Part shown: one piece after another, positions 18,121 to 27,794 of the stretch
How the letters are laid out: every line of letters begins with the position of its first letter
Numbering within the stretch: position 1 is the first letter of the stretch
Assembly (NCBI GenBank): GCA_016931155.1
Contig: JAFGFJ010000005.1
Coordinates: 1,547-65,546, forward strand
Source: Candidatus Dojkabacteria bacterium
Lineage (GTDB): Bacteria; Patescibacteriota; Dojkabacteria; B142; JAFGFJ01
DNA: 64,000 nucleotides
Direction of reading: 5' to 3'
Translations under genes and position numbers: made by a program
Notes under the pieces: generated by a model
The model's input: only the letters and a program-made list of their open reading frames with translations
Told to the model about the DNA's origin: nothing
Databases searched by the model: none

Positions 18121-21100
18121 ATGACAATATCTCATGATGAATTTAAAACAGGAATAAATGAAAGCAGAAATACAGAATATGGAGACGATTCTGTCGAAAT
18201 AAGTGGGAAAAATCTGCAAGGCTGGAGTATTGAAGCACTTAATGAAGCTATTGGCTGGAGAAGAAGATATGAGTCATTTATTTTTACTGGATTGAGTGAG
18301 CCCATTATCAATAGACTGAGGAATTTTACTTCAGCAGAAGCAGCAGTGTCTGAAGGTGCGTGTGTGATAGCTACAGATATTAAGGGGTCTACAAGGCTTG
18401 ATCCAGAGGGAATAGTTGAAATACTTAGATTAATACCGGAAGTAATAATCACTAATGCAATATATTTTGAATCTTTCTTTCGTAGAAACGATTATGGAAA
18501 TGATTCAGACACTATATCCAGAACGTCCAAAGGAATTTGTCCAATAAAGATTGCAGGCGATGGTGTAGAAATGATGGGAGTATTTGAAGATCCATATCTA
18601 AGAACGGCGTCTATGCTTTTGACTGCACTGTCGCTTCTCAAAAAATCGGACGAAAAACTGCGAGTTGGTGTCTTTGATAAGCCTACTGCGGAATCTGATC
18701 CAGCTATTATGTGGAAGACTTATGTAGCATTAAACGATATTGACAATATACTGGGGGAAACAGTTATGCCGATGGAATCTGAAGCTATGCAAGTTAGAAA
18801 GTGGAGTTGCGATGATGATATCGATTGTGGATTAAAAATCCGGATTACCAGGCAGACTGCAGAGTTATTTGCAAAAACATGTAGTAATTTGACAATAATA
18901 AGGGAGAGTATTGGAGGAAAGACACTATATCGGGCTGATTTGTCGAATTATGAGAATATAACAGTACATAGGTCAGATGGTACAGATCCAATTAATTTGG
19001 GAACGATGCTCGATAATTCAGAGCAAGTTTTCGATCTGTTTAAAGTGCAAGTGGAGTCTTTAATTCATAAATATGACGGGGCAAATGTTACAGAAGTGGT
19101 TTCCTGCGTACCCGACAGCACGTTTATTTTTTTAAATCCTGTTAATTGTTCCACATCAGATCAATATGATGAATTCTTTGGAGCCTGTGCAGAAATATCA
19201 CAAAAAATTTTCTGTCTTGATCCTGGTAGACAGGAGATTCCTGATGTAAATGATAAGGGTTTTATTGTAATTACGACTACTACTGAAGATTTAAAGAAGG
19301 TAATAGAAGTTTCTACAACTTCTCCTGATTTGGTTTTCCCTGTGATTACTACGGGTAGTGCGAAAACTGTCTTTGTTCCTGGTCTTGGAAGAATAATGCT
19401 GAGTAAATTTGGTTCCGGTGTTGCGAAACAGTCCAATTTAAAGGCAGGAGGATATACTCCGAGAAAAGGAGAGATAGCTCGCTTTTATGGTGGACTGGGT
19501 ATAGTACTTCCTGCCGGCATTGTTTGCAGTGCTGGTTACGACTACGATAGGGATCTTGCTTCTTACGAAATAAAAGGCATTGAAGATGGGATTTATACAG
19601 GGGAATATGAAACAGATAAAAATACATTTATTGAAAGGAATTTGGGTCTTCAACCTGTACTTCTATTATACCGGGAGTTTCAATCAGAATTTAACAGATA
19701 CTTGGAGAGAGGTGACTTTTATACCCTTGAATTCAGGCTTAGGCAACTAAAGGAGGTAGATCCACGTTTTGTTACGAGCAAGGGTCAAACACAACATCGA
19801 ATAAGTTCTGAGACTATAAAGGCTCAAAAAGAATATATGGGTAACTTTTCAGAGGAACAAAAGACTATATTTGATTTGATTAATCTGGTTCAGAGTATTT
19901 CTGAAGATGACTTGCTTTCTCTTGGTGAATCTATTGGGTATCGAAAAGATATGATTATGACTCTGATTCAAAATTTGGAGTACCACGCTTTTATTAAGAG
20001 AGTGCAATCTCAGGAAAGCGACACAAGGAGTCAGGAATTAATACAAACCAACAGGCTATATGTTGAAAACATTGAATGTGAATCGTTGGAAGGTCTTGTT
20101 GAAAAATTGGGTGCAAAAGATTCAATTTGTGCAAATGCTTTAGTAAGGAGACTTATATATCTTGCTGACACGGTGAGTAATCCGTACAGTAGAGCCTGCA
20201 TAGAATTGGTTGTTTCCAGATTTCACTTAACCCGGGGTTTTGAATTGAGTGCAGGAGATTATAAAATGAGAGCAGCCAGCAATCTACTGAAATTTATAGC
20301 AGCAAGTTACTCAGTTGGTGTAGGCTACTCTGGTGAAAGAAGTGATAGCAGCCAGGTATTTCCGGACGTGATCCATAATCTGGATCCGGATATTTTCACC
20401 AATACTCAAGATAAACTGAAAGTTATTTTGGCAAGAATTGACTATTTATCACAACTGGTGAGCCCATCAAAGGAAGCTGTTGATATGCTGGAGAAATCCA
20501 GAGAAGAATTTCTGAACATTCTAAGTAGGGATAAGCAGGATATTCTTGGTAATGATGAGGAGGCTGAAGTTTTTGCAGAAATGCTTTCAAGAATTGCTGA
20601 TGCTGATAGGGATGGTGACAAGAGGATATACTCAGTAGTTTCCGGGATGATAAGCGAAAAAGATCGGAGAGTTTCTCCAAGACTTAAGGCTACTTTACTA
20701 TATGGCATATTCGGGGAGGATCATTATCGTATGGAAGGGACTTATGAAGAGATAAACTTGAAAACAATTGAAAGGGCGAATTATATTATTCGTTTCGGGT
20801 CAAAAAGGATAAGAGAATATGCGATGCTATCAATGTATAGTATGGCAGCGAGGGGTTCTGTTTCCTTTGGTATTTTAAAAGATGGAAGACTGTTCAGTGA
20901 TGCTCAAATGCAGAATGAGAGTTGGTTTATAGAAGAATGTAGAAATATGTTGTTGAACAGCCATGAGCAAGGAATTAACAATGCTATTGTAAGAACCAGA
21001 GCAATGGTAAATCTGGTTCCATTACTGCTTTTTAATAATCAACAGGAGGCAGCAATAGAGGTGGCAAAGGATTCATATTTTGAGGCACTTCGAACGGGCA

Positions 21101-21834
21101 GAGAGGATGAGATAGGAGCAGCTTACTCTACATTACTTGCGTTGTATTTAAAATTGAATGAAAAGCCGTTTGAATTAACAAAGGAGACTATTTTAGATGC
21201 TATTATTTTTGGTCACGATTACCTAACTTCCAGATCTGCTGTTCCACGAATGACTTATAACCTTGTCAACCAGGCGAATAATACGGTTATGTTAATGTGC
21301 GAAGATGATAAATTATTAAATGGGGGTGGTGATGATTATTATCTCATCAGGTCAGATCTATTGAGTGTTATTAAAAAACTACTTATTGCAGGTTATGGAA
21401 AAAAATGGAAAGCTGAAGCAATTGCAATATTTGTGGAGGACTATCTTTTGCAGACTGGGGATTATTGCATGAAAATAATTCAAGAAATGGTTGAAGACAT
21501 TTTATCAGGATATGAGTGTAACTCAGTCAGGGAGTATCTGAATGAAAGTGGTATAGATATAGAAGACATTAAAAAACTATCGGAACAAGTGGGAGAGCCA
21601 AAACAAGAAACAGAAGGAAAGACTAAATTAGTTAATGAAATAACTGGGTTGGTAAAAAAACATGGGTTGGCTCACGGTATCCTGATTGAGAAAATGAAGA
21701 AAGAAGTACAGATATTGGACGTCAGAGAACCTGATCAACTCAAGGATTTCCTTGAAAAATACAGCATACAATTAAACTATCCGCATTCCGCACTTGCGTA
21801 TCTAAAAGAAGTCCTTATTTCTGAGAATATCTGA
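18121..21834 (+). CDS. Large protein with degenerate tandem class III nucleotidyl cyclase domains and helical C-terminus
   Basis: 1237 aa; TDIKGSTRL and KIAGDG (class III cyclase metal-binding Asp motifs); second domain TFIFLN...NDKG...EIKG; no Walker A seen. Confidence 0.6.
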   Translation: MTISHDEFKTGINESRNTEYGDDSVEISGKNLQGWSIEALNEAIGWRRRYESFIFTGLSEPIINRLRNFTSAEAAVSEGACVIATDIKGSTRLDPEGIVEILRLIPEVIITNAIYFESFFRRNDYGNDSDTISRTSKGICPIKIAGDGVEMMGVFEDPYLRTASMLLTALSLLKKSDEKLRVGVFDKPTAESDPAIMWKTYVALNDIDNILGETVMPMESEAMQVRKWSCDDDIDCGLKIRITRQTAELFAKTCSNLTIIRESIGGKTLYRADLSNYENITVHRSDGTDPINLGTMLDNSEQVFDLFKVQVESLIHKYDGANVTEVVSCVPDSTFIFLNPVNCSTSDQYDEFFGACAEISQKIFCLDPGRQEIPDVNDKGFIVITTTTEDLKKVIEVSTTSPDLVFPVITTGSAKTVFVPGLGRIMLSKFGSGVAKQSNLKAGGYTPRKGEIARFYGGLGIVLPAGIVCSAGYDYDRDLASYEIKGIEDGIYTGEYETDKNTFIERNLGLQPVLLLYREFQSEFNRYLERGDFYTLEFRLRQLKEVDPRFVTSKGQTQHRISSETIKAQKEYMGNFSEEQKTIFDLINLVQSISEDDLLSLGESIGYRKDMIMTLIQNLEYHAFIKRVQSQESDTRSQELIQTNRLYVENIECESLEGLVEKLGAKDSICANALVRRLIYLADTVSNPYSRACIELVVSRFHLTRGFELSAGDYKMRAASNLLKFIAASYSVGVGYSGERSDSSQVFPDVIHNLDPDIFTNTQDKLKVILARIDYLSQLVSPSKEAVDMLEKSREEFLNILSRDKQDILGNDEEAEVFAEMLSRIADADRDGDKRIYSVVSGMISEKDRRVSPRLKATLLYGIFGEDHYRMEGTYEEINLKTIERANYIIRFGSKRIREYAMLSMYSMAARGSVSFGILKDGRLFSDAQMQNESWFIEECRNMLLNSHEQGINNAIVRTRAMVNLVPLLLFNNQQEAAIEVAKDSYFEALRTGREDEIGAAYSTLLALYLKLNEKPFELTKETILDAIIFGHDYLTSRSAVPRMTYNLVNQANNTVMLMCEDDKLLNGGGDDYYLIRSDLLSVIKKLLIAGYGKKWKAEAIAIFVEDYLLQTGDYCMKIIQEMVEDILSGYECNSVREYLNESGIDIEDIKKLSEQVGEPKQETEGKTKLVNEITGLVKKHGLAHGILIEKMKKEVQILDVREPDQLKDFLEKYSIQLNYPHSALAYLKEVLISENI

Positions 21835-21856
21835 TGTTTTTCCTGAACCTCAATAT

Positions 21857-22075
21857 TCAGGAAAATCTACTAAAACCCTTGGTAATTCTTTCGTCCAGAC
21901 TTAATGAAAAAGCATTTAATTTTTCGGAATCGAGTTTGATCAAAGTTTCTTTTTCTTCTGGAGTGAGGTCGGTGTATTCTACAAGGGCTTCCTCTGCGTT
22001 TTCCATAAGTATTTTCCGAAATTCTGCATCCGTTGCAGCTCGCCCAATTACTGCTTGTACTGTTGATAAAGACAT
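21857..22075 (-). CDS. NHLP-clan (Os1348/Franean1_4349-like) leader peptide protein
   Basis: MS...VQAVIGRAATDAEFR..L..N.EEAL..Y.LT.EE...L....LDERITK pattern typical of nitrile-hydratase-like leader peptides. Confidence 0.82.
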   Translation of the reverse strand: MSLSTVQAVIGRAATDAEFRKILMENAEEALVEYTDLTPEEKETLIKLDSEKLNAFSLSLDERITKGFSRFS

Positions 22076-22219
22076 AGCAAATTAGAGTAAAAAATAAAAC
22101 GGGTCAAATGATCGTAATCATTCAACCATCACAAGTAAAACACAAATTCTTTATAAAAACAACTTTGTAAAGCACTTCACTGTTGGTCTATAATCTTTTG
22201 CGTTCATTATTTACTCTTC

Positions 22220-22729
22220 ATGCTTTATACAGTTGTTGATGTTGAGACCACGGGTCTCAGCCCAAGACAAAACAGGATAATTGAAATAGGAGCTGTTAAG
22301 GTTCTTGATGGGAAAGTTCAAAACGAATATTTTCACACTATTGTAAATCCTGGGGAGGAAGTAAGTTTATTTATTCTCTCACTAACTGAAATTCCAAGAG
22401 AAGAAATAATGTCAGCTCCATCAATTGAACATGTAATGCCTGATTTTCTTGAGTTTCTCGGAAAAGATTCTGTCTTTGTCGGGCACAATGCAAGGTTTGA
22501 CTATTCTTTTATAAATGAAGAACTCAGGAGGTATTTCTGGAAACCTATAAAAAATGAAGTGGTTGACACAATCAGGCTTGCGAAAAGAAGGTTACCTGGT
22601 CTTCAAAGCTATAGATTGGAGGCACTGATTAATTATTTCGGATTCAATCATAAAAAAAATCATCGAGCTCTTGATGATGCAAAAATTACTGCGGAAATAC
22701 TATTAAAGCTTCTTGATGATAAACATTAA
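22220..22729 (+). CDS. DEDDh 3'-5' exonuclease (DnaQ/Pol III epsilon-like)
   Basis: VDVETTG (ExoI), GHNARFD (ExoII), HRALDDA (ExoIII). Confidence 0.92.
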   Translation: MLYTVVDVETTGLSPRQNRIIEIGAVKVLDGKVQNEYFHTIVNPGEEVSLFILSLTEIPREEIMSAPSIEHVMPDFLEFLGKDSVFVGHNARFDYSFINEELRRYFWKPIKNEVVDTIRLAKRRLPGLQSYRLEALINYFGFNHKKNHRALDDAKITAEILLKLLDDKH

Positions 22730-23537
22730 AAGTTTTTTAAATAAAATAGAGATAGATGAATTTAATCGAGTGAATGTTGTTCTTGCTATCAATAAGAGAA
22801 AAGGAATTACTTCCCATGACCTTGTTGACGAGGTACGTCAAAAACTGAATACCAGGAAAGTTGGACATGCAGGTGCACTCGATCCCTTTGCGACAGGGGT
22901 TATGCTGATTCTTGTCGGGAAATTTACCAGACTATCTAACGAACTTGTTTCAAGTGAGAAAGAGTACAAAGCTAGAATTCTTTTTGGAATTTCTACTAAT
23001 ACACAGGATTCGGAGGGAGAAATTACGCAGAGAAAGGATATTCAAGTTACAGAAAGAGAAGTAATTAAAGCTCTCAAGTCATTTGAAGGTGGTTACGAGC
23101 AATATGTTCCTGTATTCAGTTCTGTAAAGATTGATGGGAATAAGCTTAGAAAAATGGCAAGAAGAGCGTTATCTTTCACAATTGAGGAAAATAAAGGGCA
23201 AAAAAGTGTGGTTTTCAAAATGGCGGAAGGTGATATAGAAGTAAATCTTCCAAAGAAGAAAGTGGAAATAAAGAAACTGGAGCTTAAGAGTTTTGGAAAA
23301 CAGAAATTATCAGGATATGAATTTGCGAAAAATTTGACGGATGAGTATCTATATTGTGAGATTAATGCAGCTGTTTCTAAAGGAACATATATGAGGCAGT
23401 TTGCTGAAGATTTGGGAGAAAAACTTGAAATTCCCGGAATGCTTCTTGAGCTTGAAAGAAGAAGGGTTGGAGAAATTGGTCTCTCAGACTGTATAAGTCT
23501 GGAAAAGTTAACCTTTGATAAGCCTGATGACAATTGA
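22713..23537 (+). CDS. truB: tRNA pseudouridine(55) synthase
   Basis: KVGHAGALDPFATG, K.Y.A, SS+K..G, SKGTY.R. Confidence 0.93.
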   Translation: MMINIKSFLNKIEIDEFNRVNVVLAINKRKGITSHDLVDEVRQKLNTRKVGHAGALDPFATGVMLILVGKFTRLSNELVSSEKEYKARILFGISTNTQDSEGEITQRKDIQVTEREVIKALKSFEGGYEQYVPVFSSVKIDGNKLRKMARRALSFTIEENKGQKSVVFKMAEGDIEVNLPKKKVEIKKLELKSFGKQKLSGYEFAKNLTDEYLYCEINAAVSKGTYMRQFAEDLGEKLEIPGMLLELERRRVGEIGLSDCISLEKLTFDKPDDN

Positions 23538-24944
23538 AACTATTTTATTTAGTTCTTCCTTGCTCAAAATCATCCCAAGATAAATAATGATTTCTGAGCT
23601 CATGATGCCAGCAAATCCCACTTTGCTGACTTTGTTAATCACAATTGTGTGACTATCCTGTTGTAGTTGTTTTGTTTCTAGAAAGCTATACTGACGAGGC
23701 GACTGGAGTTCAATTTCTAATAGCTCTTTGTTGTCTACAAATTCATAAGTGTGTGGGTTTTCTGTTTTTTCATTATTTGAAATAGTAGATATTAAATTTG
23801 TAATTCCTTTTGTCGGCTCAAGAATTTCCCAATCCCCTTCTCCATCAGTTGTTCTTGCCCAGGACTTTCCTGTTTCGGTCTCAACGTATTGGAAACTGTC
23901 AGATATGAGACCAGATGGATTAAAAAGTGAGGTTTTCGCACTTGTGTTTGGAATACTGTTTTTCGATAAAATTATAACAAAACTCTTCGGTTTTATTTTT
24001 GTAGCCTCGATTTTTTGTGTTTTACTTCCGATGTCAATCTTCCAGTTACTTAGATCAACTTCGAAACTATCAGGATTGTAAAGTTCTATCCACTCGTTTC
24101 CCGAGTCGTTCCCGACAGGATCTGGAAGTATTTCATTGAGGTAAATCCTCGGTTCAATTGTAATTTGAGCGGTTTTTCTGATCACCTTCCCGGAATCAAA
24201 TGTTAATTTAAGCTCGATATTTCTATTTCCAATACTATCTGCAGTAAAAACCGGCTGTGAGGAAAGCAATGTTTTTCCCCCATATGTCCATTCGAACTCT
24301 TCAATACTGCTATTAATAGTTACTTCTGCTCTAAATATTATTCTTGAATTTAAAAAATATGAGTTGTTTTGTTCCCAATCAGAGGAGGTTTCCTCTTTTG
24401 AGAGTATCTCGACTCCTGAAGTGAAACAATAATCCTGGTCATATGCCTGGTTGATCATTCCTTTTGAGTGAGAGTGCGGATGTAGTTTTAAGTCATTGCA
24501 CTCATGACTTATTCTTTCCAAAGATATCCCTTCTATACTTGTGGAGTATTTTATACTATCAGAGTTACCCAGATGATCCAGGAGAGTAATTTCTTCGTTG
24601 GTATTGTTCAAAGTAATTGAAGGAAAAACGACTAGATAGCTGTAAGGATCGATTGACTGTCCATCCAGTGAAAAAAAACTTGTTTTATCTTTGAGTATCC
24701 ATCCGGAAAGATTTATATTTACAGACGTGGGATTGTAAAGTTCTATCCACTCATTCCCGGGATCTAAGCCGACAGGATTTGGCATTAATTCATTAATCAC
24801 TACATCCGTTGTAGCGGCAAAAACTTTTTGAGGTGAAATAAATAATGGTTCGAAAAAGATTACTGCTAATATAGCAAAAATCAATCCAGAGAGTATTGTA
24901 GTACATACTGCATGTTTTGTTTTCCTGACAACCTTAAGTTTCAT
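23508..24944 (-). CDS. Membrane-anchored surface protein with two lamin-tail domains
   Basis: Two copies of (V/I).(I/L)NE..P.P.G.D..NEWIELYNP....V.LS.W; N-terminal signal/TM and C-terminal hydrophobic segment. Confidence 0.85.
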   Translation of the reverse strand: MKLKVVRKTKHAVCTTILSGLIFAILAVIFFEPLFISPQKVFAATTDVVINELMPNPVGLDPGNEWIELYNPTSVNINLSGWILKDKTSFFSLDGQSIDPYSYLVVFPSITLNNTNEEITLLDHLGNSDSIKYSTSIEGISLERISHECNDLKLHPHSHSKGMINQAYDQDYCFTSGVEILSKEETSSDWEQNNSYFLNSRIIFRAEVTINSSIEEFEWTYGGKTLLSSQPVFTADSIGNRNIELKLTFDSGKVIRKTAQITIEPRIYLNEILPDPVGNDSGNEWIELYNPDSFEVDLSNWKIDIGSKTQKIEATKIKPKSFVIILSKNSIPNTSAKTSLFNPSGLISDSFQYVETETGKSWARTTDGEGDWEILEPTKGITNLISTISNNEKTENPHTYEFVDNKELLEIELQSPRQYSFLETKQLQQDSHTIVINKVSKVGFAGIMSSEIIIYLGMILSKEELNKIVSIVIRLIKG

Positions 24945-24978
24945 GCAGCAACTCTATCAGGGAAATATTAAAAAAAGA

Positions 24979-26070
24979 TTAAAAACTTCTATTAATAACA
25001 TAATCAGTTATTCCTTCCAGAAAATCTTTCCCTTCGTTGTTTATATTTATGCGGTTTAATGCTTTTTTTGCTTTTACAACGTACTGCAATGCCAGTTTTT
25101 TAGAATAATCAAGTGCACCTGTTTTGATTATTATATCTCTTACTATGTCTGCTGATTTTTTTGTTAGATTTTTATTACCAAGTGTTTTTAGTATGAATGC
25201 TTTATTTCCTTTGCTTGCTTCTTCCAAGGCTTTCACAATCAGCAGTGTCTTCTTTCCTTCTGCAAGGTCTGAGCTTACAGATTTTCCTGTTTTTTCTTTT
25301 TGGCCGAAAAGACCGAGAATATCGTCCTGAATTTGAAATCCTATTCCTGCATTTATGGAGTAATCACTTAGAATTTTCAGCTTTCTTTTTTCTGTACCTG
25401 CAAGTATTGCACCAACAAGTACTGGTGTTTCATAGGTATAGGTGGCTGTTTTCATTTTGAGCATATCGATAACTTCCTTTTCTGTTGCTTTTGGTTTATT
25501 CCCAACCTGGATATCCAGCATTTCTCCGTGAATTACAGTGGTGAGTTGTTCGTTTATTGTTTTTATTGCTGAAATTTTTCTTTTGTTGTTAAAGTTGGAT
25601 TCTGAAAGGAGTTTGAGTGCAAGATGACAGGAAAGATCTCCTGCACATATAGCAATACTTTTACCAAAATGCCTGTGGTCTTTTGAAGGAAAAGCATTTT
25701 TACTGAAAGCAGAGAAAGTTTTGTGAATAGTCGGAAAACCCCTTCTTTCTGCCGATCTGTCTATTATGTCATCGTGAATTAAAAGATATGTCTGGATCAA
25801 TTCAATAAAAATTGAAGTCTTCATCATTTCTTTCTCGTTGTTACCTCCAAGCATTTTATAGGAATAGAATGCCAATGCTGCTCTAAGTCTTTTGCCACCG
25901 GTTAGCGTCAATTCAGCAAGTTCTTTTGTCACTTGTCTGGAAAACTGGGACAGTTTTGCTGACCTTTTTATCTCTTCTCTGAAGAACAATTTTAGTCTAC
26001 TCTCTGCAATCCTCTTGTGTTTGGATAAAAGTATTTTTGCTAGATGTGATTTGCTGGTTGTTTTTTCCAT
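24979..26070 (-). CDS. Short-chain polyprenyl diphosphate synthase (FPP/GGPP synthase, IdsA-like)
   Basis: GGKRLR, FARM HDDIID..RRG with Tyr at -5, KTA.Y, SARM FQIQDD, DL.EGK.T. Confidence 0.93.
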   Translation of the reverse strand: MEKTTSKSHLAKILLSKHKRIAESRLKLFFREEIKRSAKLSQFSRQVTKELAELTLTGGKRLRAALAFYSYKMLGGNNEKEMMKTSIFIELIQTYLLIHDDIIDRSAERRGFPTIHKTFSAFSKNAFPSKDHRHFGKSIAICAGDLSCHLALKLLSESNFNNKRKISAIKTINEQLTTVIHGEMLDIQVGNKPKATEKEVIDMLKMKTATYTYETPVLVGAILAGTEKRKLKILSDYSINAGIGFQIQDDILGLFGQKEKTGKSVSSDLAEGKKTLLIVKALEEASKGNKAFILKTLGNKNLTKKSADIVRDIIIKTGALDYSKKLALQYVVKAKKALNRININNEGKDFLEGITDYVINRSF

Positions 26071-26107
26071 AAGCTATATCTTCAGTTTATCTTAACATAA
26101 AGACAGC

Positions 26108-26124
26108 TTGTAAAGATTTCGTAA
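26108..26124 (+). promoter_or_regulatory. Candidate response-regulator binding box upstream of the peptide gene
   Basis: TTGTAAAGATTT (26108-26119) followed by CGTAA; GTAA half-sites 11 bp apart; identical 12-mer upstream of the regulator gene. Confidence 0.5.
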
Positions 26125-26177
26125 GTATTTGCAATGGATCCTTATGTTAAGTAGTTTGTGTTAATTTATCGTTGTTG

Positions 26178-26187
26178 AAGGAGGTGA
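26178..26187 (+). promoter_or_regulatory. Strong Shine-Dalgarno site
   Basis: AAGGAGGTGA, 7 nt before ATG 26195. Confidence 0.85.
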
Positions 26188-26194
26188 AGACAAG

Positions 26195-26308
26195 ATGAAA
26201 AAACTAATTGAAGAAGCTATGAATCATGAGAATGCAAGGGACAAAGAAACTTTGGAAAAGGCAGCAGTTGAAAAAGCAATAAGTGGTTTTGCGCTTTGGG
26301 GATGGTGA
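26195..26308 (+). CDS. 37-aa peptide with C-terminal Trp residues; candidate ComX-like prenylated signal precursor
   Basis: Translated by hand: MKKLIEEAMNHENARDKETLEKAAVEKAISGFALWGW*; perfect SD; below the ORF-track size cut-off; function inferred from context. Confidence 0.78.
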   Translation: MKKLIEEAMNHENARDKETLEKAAVEKAISGFALWGW

Positions 26309-26390
26309 TTTGCATTTTCTGGTAATACTCATAAAAATATTTCACTTATAGTTAATTGTTGCTAGAATTGGTGAACTTAGTTTAAATTCT

Positions 26391-27794
26391 TTGTGCATGA
26401 ATAGTGCTGTATTTGTGAATGAATTGCAGAGAAGAAGATTTGAAATAGTGAAGCTATTTGCAACAATTTTCTTGGCAGGCTCGTTGCTTGCAGTGGTTCT
26501 TGATGCTTATGGTATTCTTTCAGGCAGTCTGAAAAGGAGTGAGTATGAGATTTTTCTCTTTATTGGTCTCGCTTGCTTTGTTCTTTTTGCCTTTATAAGA
26601 ACTTATCTTGTTCATAAAGCATTAACGCTGTCATTTGCGATTATTGTTGCCTTGCTTACTATTGCCGCTTTATATACGATGCTGGTCGGCGGTACAACTT
26701 CTGCAATATCCTTTCTTCTTATGACAATCTCTGTACTTTCCATTAGTATTGTGATTAGTGTAAAGATTGCTTTTTTTTACATCATTATTAGTTCAATTTG
26801 CACTTTCAGTATTTTCCTTCTGCATAACAAACAGATAATAGATTACACTCCATCGCTGACTGATTCCGGATTTGCAAATACACTAATGTATATTACATCT
26901 ATGTTGGTAATTACGTATGTTGCAGGAATTGCTTACTCGCAGATTGAACATTCTTATCAAAAAGCATATGACTATGCTAAGGAACTTGAAGAATTGAACA
27001 AACATCTTGATGAAAAAGTTAGACTACGCACTAAGCAGCTTCAAGAAAGTCTGGAGAGACAGGCAGATTCTGTTCACAGTGCAGCAGTGATGGGAAGTAT
27101 TGCAAAACCGATGCTTCATGATCTGGCTACTCCATTATCCTCTCTTGCAGGTGCACAGAGCCTTCTGAAAAAAGTAAAGTTTGATCAAAAAACACATGAG
27201 ATAATTGAAATGAGCAACCAGGCAGTAAGTCAAATAGCGAGAATTGTAGAAAATGCCAGGAATCTTATGGACAATAAAAATTTAGTAGTAGAGTTTTCTC
27301 CATATGATGTTATTTCGGTTGCTATCCTGGTCTCAAAACATGAACTTCAAAGGGACAATATTACTGTGAATGTAAGAATTGACCCAATGATTAAACTCAA
27401 CGGAGTTGTGGGTATCTTTGAAAGAATGGTAATAAATCTTATTATCAATGCGGTAGAAGAGCTGGGACAGTGTGAGAGTGATAGAAGAATTGATATAAAA
27501 GGAAATAATGAAGGTAAGTATTTTGTTTTAAAAATAAAAGATTCGGGTCGGGGAATAAAGAGGGAATTTATAGACAGGATTTTTGATTCAGATTTTACAA
27601 TGAAGAGTGAAAGAAATTTAGGTTTTGGTCTTCCATTTGTTAGAAATAGTATAGAGAAAAATTTTGCTGGAGATATTTCAGTTAGAAGCAAGTTGGGGGA
27701 ATTTACTGAATTCACACTTAGATTTGATAGGAAGTTCAATGCCAGAAAAATTAAGAAAGGTAAAAAAAATAAAGAGTTTTCTGTTAAGAAATAG
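26391..27794 (+). CDS. Membrane-embedded sensor histidine kinase
   Basis: About 6 N-terminal TM segments without a large extracellular loop, coiled coil, H-box HDLATPL, N-box NLIINA, G1 DSGRGI, G2 GFGL; start may be ATG 26397. Confidence 0.92.
   Translation: MCMNSAVFVNELQRRRFEIVKLFATIFLAGSLLAVVLDAYGILSGSLKRSEYEIFLFIGLACFVLFAFIRTYLVHKALTLSFAIIVALLTIAALYTMLVGGTTSAISFLLMTISVLSISIVISVKIAFFYIIISSICTFSIFLLHNKQIIDYTPSLTDSGFANTLMYITSMLVITYVAGIAYSQIEHSYQKAYDYAKELEELNKHLDEKVRLRTKQLQESLERQADSVHSAAVMGSIAKPMLHDLATPLSSLAGAQSLLKKVKFDQKTHEIIEMSNQAVSQIARIVENARNLMDNKNLVVEFSPYDVISVAILVSKHELQRDNITVNVRIDPMIKLNGVVGIFERMVINLIINAVEELGQCESDRRIDIKGNNEGKYFVLKIKDSGRGIKREFIDRIFDSDFTMKSERNLGFGLPFVRNSIEKNFAGDISVRSKLGEFTEFTLRFDRKFNARKIKKGKKNKEFSVKK

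Noticed and set aside
24979-26070. Polyprenyl synthase as a retinal-pathway gene for the heliorhodopsin
   Set aside because: It is 18 kb away with no crtB/crtI/crtY/blh, and its context points to the adjacent cyclase/prenyltransferase; a general housekeeping role remains possible.
27664-27738. TTG start for the cyclase/prenyltransferase fusion
   Set aside because: It would overlap the kinase ATPase domain by ~130 nt; ATG 27739 is more plausible.
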